Assembly (NCBI GenBank): GCA_964551375.1
Contig: CAZKBG010000001.1
Span: 807,329 to 839,328, forward strand
Source of the DNA: an uncultured archaeon
GTDB lineage: Archaea; Iainarchaeota; Iainarchaeia; Iainarchaeales; JAAZKV01
Direction of reading: 5' to 3'
DNA: 32,000 bases
Both the position numbers and the translations under genes were made by a program. This document shows positions 27,827 through 32,000 of the stretch, piece by piece. Below the pieces are notes generated by a model, which was not told the origin of the DNA, searched no databases, and saw only the letters and a list, made by a program, of their open reading frames with translations. The first letter of the stretch is position 1. The number at the start of each line of letters is the position of its first letter.

Positions 27827-27837
27827 GTTTATAAAGC
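27827..27837 (-). promoter_or_regulatory. Putative TATA box for the uS15 operon
   Basis: Minus strand 'CAAGCTTTATAAAC' about 90 nt upstream of the uS15 ATG. Confidence 0.55.
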
Positions 27838-27943
27838 TTGAGTTTGGGTTGATTTTCAAACTGCAAAGTTAACCAACCAGGAGATTTTTTGAAAAACTTT
27901 AAAGTTTTGGTTATTTTAAGAAGTTTTTATTTTTTGGGGTGTT

Positions 27944-28603
27944 TTAGTGATATCTCGCTCTCTTTTCAATTGCTTCCATTCTTGCAATCAGCTCTTCATC
28001 AGGGGAATATCCCTTCATTACAAGCGCCCAGCCGTTTTTGATTCCTGAATGAGTTGCGTTAAAAGTTTTTTTGAATACTACTAAGTCAGTTGCTCTGTCT
28101 TCAAGCTTTTTGGAAAAATATCCTAAGCCAAAATCAACAAAAAATAAACTTCCTTTTTCTTCAATGCGTTTGTTTAGTTCCGGATTGTCTGTTTTATCCG
28201 CTGCAATAATATTTGAAGTGGTTAAATCGCCGTGAATAACGCCAATATCATGAATTTTTCTAATGCATTTTCCAGCTTCTATTGCAAGCTCAGGATTTTT
28301 TGAAATAACTAATTTCAAAGCTTTTCCTTCAATAAACTCCATTATAATTTCAGAATCAGTTTCACCAACGCTATACACCTGAGGAGCATTAATTACGCTT
28401 GATACGCTTCGAAGAAGCTTTGACTCGCTTCTTGTTCTCTCTTTTCTAATAGAAGCATCAAGAATAGGGTTTCGATAATTCTTTGGAACTCGCTTTTTTG
28501 ACAATGCTTTCTTTTCTTCAAATAGAATTTCAGTAAGCTCCGCTTCAGCGCCTTTTTTATGAAGCACTTTTGAACTTTTCTCCGCATTTGGGGCTTTTTT
28601 CAT
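27944..28603 (-). CDS. bud32: Kae1-associated serine/threonine kinase Bud32 (stand-alone)
   Basis: 'EFIEGKALKLVI', 'IHDIGVIHGDLTTSNII', 'LFFVDFGLGYFSKKLEDRATDLVVFKKTF' are Bud32 signature motifs. Confidence 0.93.
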   Translation of the reverse strand: MKKAPNAEKSSKVLHKKGAEAELTEILFEEKKALSKKRVPKNYRNPILDASIRKERTRSESKLLRSVSSVINAPQVYSVGETDSEIIMEFIEGKALKLVISKNPELAIEAGKCIRKIHDIGVIHGDLTTSNIIAADKTDNPELNKRIEEKGSLFFVDFGLGYFSKKLEDRATDLVVFKKTFNATHSGIKNGWALVMKGYSPDEELIARMEAIEKRARYH

Positions 28604-28627
28604 GACTAATTAGTGAATGAATTTGTT

Positions 28628-31600
28628 TTAATTCCTTCTTTTTGATAGTAATCCAACAACAATTGCGAGAGCTGCAATTATTACAATTATGCCGTTATCA
28701 GGAACGCTTTTAGTAGGAGTTTCCTGATTGTAATTAATGAACTCAACTTTCTCGCAAACAGTGCAGTTTGGAGCATCAGGCTTAATATTAGCAGTAACTC
28801 TAATCACAGTTCCGTCAACAAAAGGAACAAGAGGAATTAAAGTTGAAGTAATTGGATTAACGTTGCAATCAACTTTTGAATTAGCAGGAGAACTTACTAA
28901 TAACTGAACAGGAATTGCTTCTGAAAAGTTCTCAAACTTCATAGTAGATTTTGCGTACTTTGTGCAAACAAGAGTAACTACAACATTTCCATCAACTATT
29001 TTTGCATCAAGAGAAACAATTGAATTAACATCAGAAGACACCGGCGGATAGCCTTTCTTAAAACAAGCTTTTAGAATTCCATTAGTTGAGCAAGGATAAG
29101 AAGTTTGGTACAAATTAGGGTAAGTAATTCCAGTCGCAAGGCAATTCATATCAAGTTCAGGACAAATCATGTCGCTGACATTAACAAGCACATCATCAGA
29201 GCGAACTTGATAAGCGTCATCATTCACAGTAAGTCTTAATGCTTTGATTCCATTAGCATCAATTCCAAGGCAATAAACTTTTGGAGTTAAAGTAGTTGAA
29301 TCAAATATAGCGCAAGTTGAAGTAGGACTTGGGCTTGGAGTAACAAAGCTCCAATTAATGACAAAAGGAGCAAGTCCGCCGTTAATTATTCCGATTAATG
29401 AAATATTTTGGTCTACAAATCCTGCCGCATCAGGCCCTGCTGAAATTGAAAACGGAGCAATTGTGGGATAAGTTACTACAATATTTACATCATCATTTGC
29501 AAAAGTTCTGCCGTCATTTACAGTAAATCTTACAGTCGCAGTTTTTGGTCCGCTCATGGCTGCGTCAATATCGCACCTAAATGTCGGTGTGAGAGTAGTT
29601 GCATTAGTAAGAGTGCACTTAGGATTAGTTGTGTTAACATCTTTTGTTATTACCCAGTTGTAAGTATAAATTCCTCTTCCTCCAAGCGCGCTTCCGTTTA
29701 AGACTTCATTATATCTTGTCGCAATTGACTTATCAGGTCCTGCGTTAGCTGATAAGTTAATTCTTATATTTGAAGAACAAACCGCGCTTTCACCAGCAAC
29801 ATTTCCAGTAATTAAAACAGAAATATTTCCGTCATTTTTGTGATAAGGGCATCTCATCAAAAATGTTGTTCCAACTGGAGTAGTGTTTCTAAATTCAGCA
29901 TCAATTGTAGTTAGTGAATAACATTTGGAATTAATGTTTGAAGAAGCAACTGGAGCTCCTGCAAAGTAAGAAGCTGTAACATTAAAGTCAATATTTGAGT
30001 CATATGCTGAAGTAATAGTTCCAGCAGGAAGAACTGTGCAGGCAGGACCAAGAACCAAAGTTAAAGTAAAAGCAGTCCAAGCAGATTTTAAGTGAGTGAA
30101 ATTATCTTCAGCCCTTACTCTGAAAGTTTTTGCTCCCGCAGTAGTCCAAGTATAAGTTCCCGTTCCAATAGTTGCGCTTGGAATATAATTAAGCGGAACA
30201 TTCTCATCGGAAATTCCGTCATTGTTCCAATCAACCTGATACTTGATTAAATCCCCTTCAGGATCAACCGAATTAAAATCAAAAGACTGCATACTATTTA
30301 CGCTTGCAGTTCCAGGAGTAGTTCTAACAACAGTAGGCGCGCTGGGAGCAAGATTTGGGTTTAAATTAATTGCGCGGGCAGTGCAAGCTTTTGTTTGAGA
30401 AGAACTTGCAATAGTAGCTCCAACGCTTAAACTTTGAACAGCTGAAACAGTATACGCGCACTGCGCAGTGCACAAACCTGAATAAGGAAGAGTGTTTTGA
30501 TTAACGCAAGTTAAAGGAGCAGTTGTAGCATTACCGCACGAAACCGAATCAACACCCGCAAGAGATGGATCCGCCTGAAAATCATTAAAATCAACAGTTA
30601 TTGTTGAATTCCCGCTAACTCTTCTTGGATTTGGGTTAATTTGAATAACTCTGCAGGTTGGAACAGGAATTGTTCTAACAGTTGCAGTATCTGATGCAGT
30701 TTCGCCAAGCGAATCAGTCACAGTAACTGAAAGAGTGGTGTCAGTGTAAATATTTGAACAACTTATAGTTGGAGTTGCTGTGTTTTGATTTGTTAAAGTA
30801 CAATTTCCAGCATTATTTGTAATAGCCCAATTCCAAGAAGTAATTGTTCCTCCGCCAGCTCTAGTTGCAGTCAAAGTAGTTGGAGTTCCAATAGTGTGAG
30901 TATAAGGTCCCCCCGCATCAACAGAAAGATTGGCAACAATGTTAATCGGACAATTAGCCCAAAGCGCAGAGTATTGTCCTGACTGGGATTGGGACATTAC
31001 TTTAATAGTTTTTGCTCCGACAGTAGTCCAGCTGTGCTGAGCATTAACAGTTGTTCCGCTCGCAACATAACCAGAAGCAGGAAACCATTCTTCAACAGTA
31101 TTTCCGCCATTCCAATTTACCCCATATCTTAAATTTTCATTATCAGTCCCAGTAAAACTAAATGCATAATTATTATTTGCAAGTCCTATTGAAGTGCAGC
31201 TTAAAGTTGGAGTATTGGGATATGGATTTGGCGCAGTAGGATTACAGCAAATTTCACCAGTAGTATAATCACAAATACCAAAAAGGTTTGGAGTTCCAGG
31301 ATAGCATAAATAATCTCCTAGCCCTCCAACCCCATTTACCCAATAAGGATTAATGAAAGGAGTTACAGGAGTGATTTGAGTAGGGAAACCCATTGTGCAA
31401 GTTCCTCCATAAGTAAAGCAAGTCAACTGCTGACCGCAGCAAGATTTTCCTGGAGCGCAAGTTCCGCTTCCAGTGGCATATTGAGGCAATCCCATATTGC
31501 AGGGCATCATATTGCAAGTCTGGCTCATATTTTGAGTGCATGTGTATGTTGCGCCGCAGCATGACTGTCCTATCCCGCATGTTCCGCTGCCATCAGCTCT

Positions 31601-32000
31601 GTTTATATTGCTGCAAGGCCCTCCATAAACACAATCCTGCATTACATTCTGCTCGCAAGTGTATTGCGGACCGCAGCAACTCTGCATTGTAGGACAAGTC
31701 CCATAAGCATCAGGGCGGTTATTTGAAGAACATAATCCTGTTGTGCAAACATTTGAACCGGTGCAGGTGTAAGGAGCGCCACAGCAGGATTGTCCCATTG
31801 CGCATGTTCCGCTGTAATTATCTGGACGGTTATTCATAGAGCAGCTTCCGCTCATGCACGTTCCGCCATAATTAGAGCAGGTATAACTTGGCTGTTCGCA
31901 ACAGCGATAAGATTCATTTGGCCAACTGTCTCCGGGCCCTGCGCAGTTTCCCCAATAACTCCAACCATAAGGACAGGAGTACATGCACTGGTCTCCGCCA
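28628..32000 (-). CDS. Large surface protein (5' truncated by window edge): Cys-rich module array, PKD-like domains, C-terminal sorting-like tail
   Basis: Frame stays open to base 32000 ('GGDQCMYSCPYGW...'). Tandem Cys modules, PKD-like 'VDAGGPYTHTIGTPTTLTA...WNWAITNN' and 'SAGPDAAGFVDQNISL', terminal 'KSVPDNGIIVIIAALAIVVGLLSKRRN'. Confidence 0.88.
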   Translation of the reverse strand, partial: GGDQCMYSCPYGWSYWGNCAGPGDSWPNESYRCCEQPSYTCSNYGGTCMSGSCSMNNRPDNYSGTCAMGQSCCGAPYTCTGSNVCTTGLCSSNNRPDAYGTCPTMQSCCGPQYTCEQNVMQDCVYGGPCSNINRADGSGTCGIGQSCCGATYTCTQNMSQTCNMMPCNMGLPQYATGSGTCAPGKSCCGQQLTCFTYGGTCTMGFPTQITPVTPFINPYWVNGVGGLGDYLCYPGTPNLFGICDYTTGEICCNPTAPNPYPNTPTLSCTSIGLANNNYAFSFTGTDNENLRYGVNWNGGNTVEEWFPASGYVASGTTVNAQHSWTTVGAKTIKVMSQSQSGQYSALWANCPINIVANLSVDAGGPYTHTIGTPTTLTATRAGGGTITSWNWAITNNAGNCTLTNQNTATPTISCSNIYTDTTLSVTVTDSLGETASDTATVRTIPVPTCRVIQINPNPRRVSGNSTITVDFNDFQADPSLAGVDSVSCGNATTAPLTCVNQNTLPYSGLCTAQCAYTVSAVQSLSVGATIASSSQTKACTARAINLNPNLAPSAPTVVRTTPGTASVNSMQSFDFNSVDPEGDLIKYQVDWNNDGISDENVPLNYIPSATIGTGTYTWTTAGAKTFRVRAEDNFTHLKSAWTAFTLTLVLGPACTVLPAGTITSAYDSNIDFNVTASYFAGAPVASSNINSKCYSLTTIDAEFRNTTPVGTTFLMRCPYHKNDGNISVLITGNVAGESAVCSSNIRINLSANAGPDKSIATRYNEVLNGSALGGRGIYTYNWVITKDVNTTNPKCTLTNATTLTPTFRCDIDAAMSGPKTATVRFTVNDGRTFANDDVNIVVTYPTIAPFSISAGPDAAGFVDQNISLIGIINGGLAPFVINWSFVTPSPSPTSTCAIFDSTTLTPKVYCLGIDANGIKALRLTVNDDAYQVRSDDVLVNVSDMICPELDMNCLATGITYPNLYQTSYPCSTNGILKACFKKGYPPVSSDVNSIVSLDAKIVDGNVVVTLVCTKYAKSTMKFENFSEAIPVQLLVSSPANSKVDCNVNPITSTLIPLVPFVDGTVIRVTANIKPDAPNCTVCEKVEFINYNQETPTKSVPDNGIIVIIAALAIVVGLLSKRRN
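31240..32000 (-). repeat. Tandem Cys-rich protein modules (~35-40 aa) in the large surface protein
   Basis: Units: 'YTCSNYGGTCMSGSCSMNNRPDNYSGTCAMGQSCCG', 'YTCTGSNVCTTGLCSSNNRPDAYGTCPTMQSCCG', 'YTCEQNVMQDCVYGGPCSNINRADGSGTCGIGQSCCG', 'YTCTQNMSQTCNMMPCNMGLPQYATGSGTCAPGKSCCG', plus degenerate flanking units. Confidence 0.85.

Noticed and set aside
1-32000. CRISPR arrays, transposases/integrases, toxin-antitoxin or other defence genes
   Set aside because: No regularly spaced DNA repeats and no nuclease, transposase, integrase, Cas or TA-like proteins among the ORFs.

Overview
This is an archaeal chromosomal segment, probably DPANN-type (the lineage is my inference). It combines an informational/cell-biology gene set with a large load of exported surface proteins. 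On the + strand: the truncated C-terminus of a Hel308-type helicase, then a tightly packed three-gene operon of exported or membrane-anchored proteins (1824, ~558 and 844 aa), an Orc1/Cdc6 initiator, a class III signal-peptide (pilin-like) protein carrying GLUG-type repeats, and secF-secD. On the - strand: an archaeal SepF-like protein with a tail-anchored neighbour, the UPF0147 / DNA polymerase D small subunit / large subunit operon with a small 2-TM protein, a NOG1-like GTPase, an exosortase/archaeosortase-family protein directly downstream of CarS-like CDP-archaeol synthase, a DUF92-like membrane protein, ribosomal proteins eS1 and uS15, Bud32 kinase, and a >1123 aa protein (cut by the window edge) with tandem Cys-rich modules, PKD-like domains and a C-terminal sorting-signal-like tail (VPDNG-TM-KRR). 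I saw no CRISPR array, mobile element, rRNA, tRNA or recognisable defence system. The most interesting hypotheses are a surface-protein anchoring axis (archaeosortase, CarS, VPDNG tail protein), the three-gene surface operon, the pilin-GLUG fusion, the sepF-linked tail-anchored protein, and a hairpin in the uS15 leader. All family assignments come from recognising motifs by eye; no database search was run.
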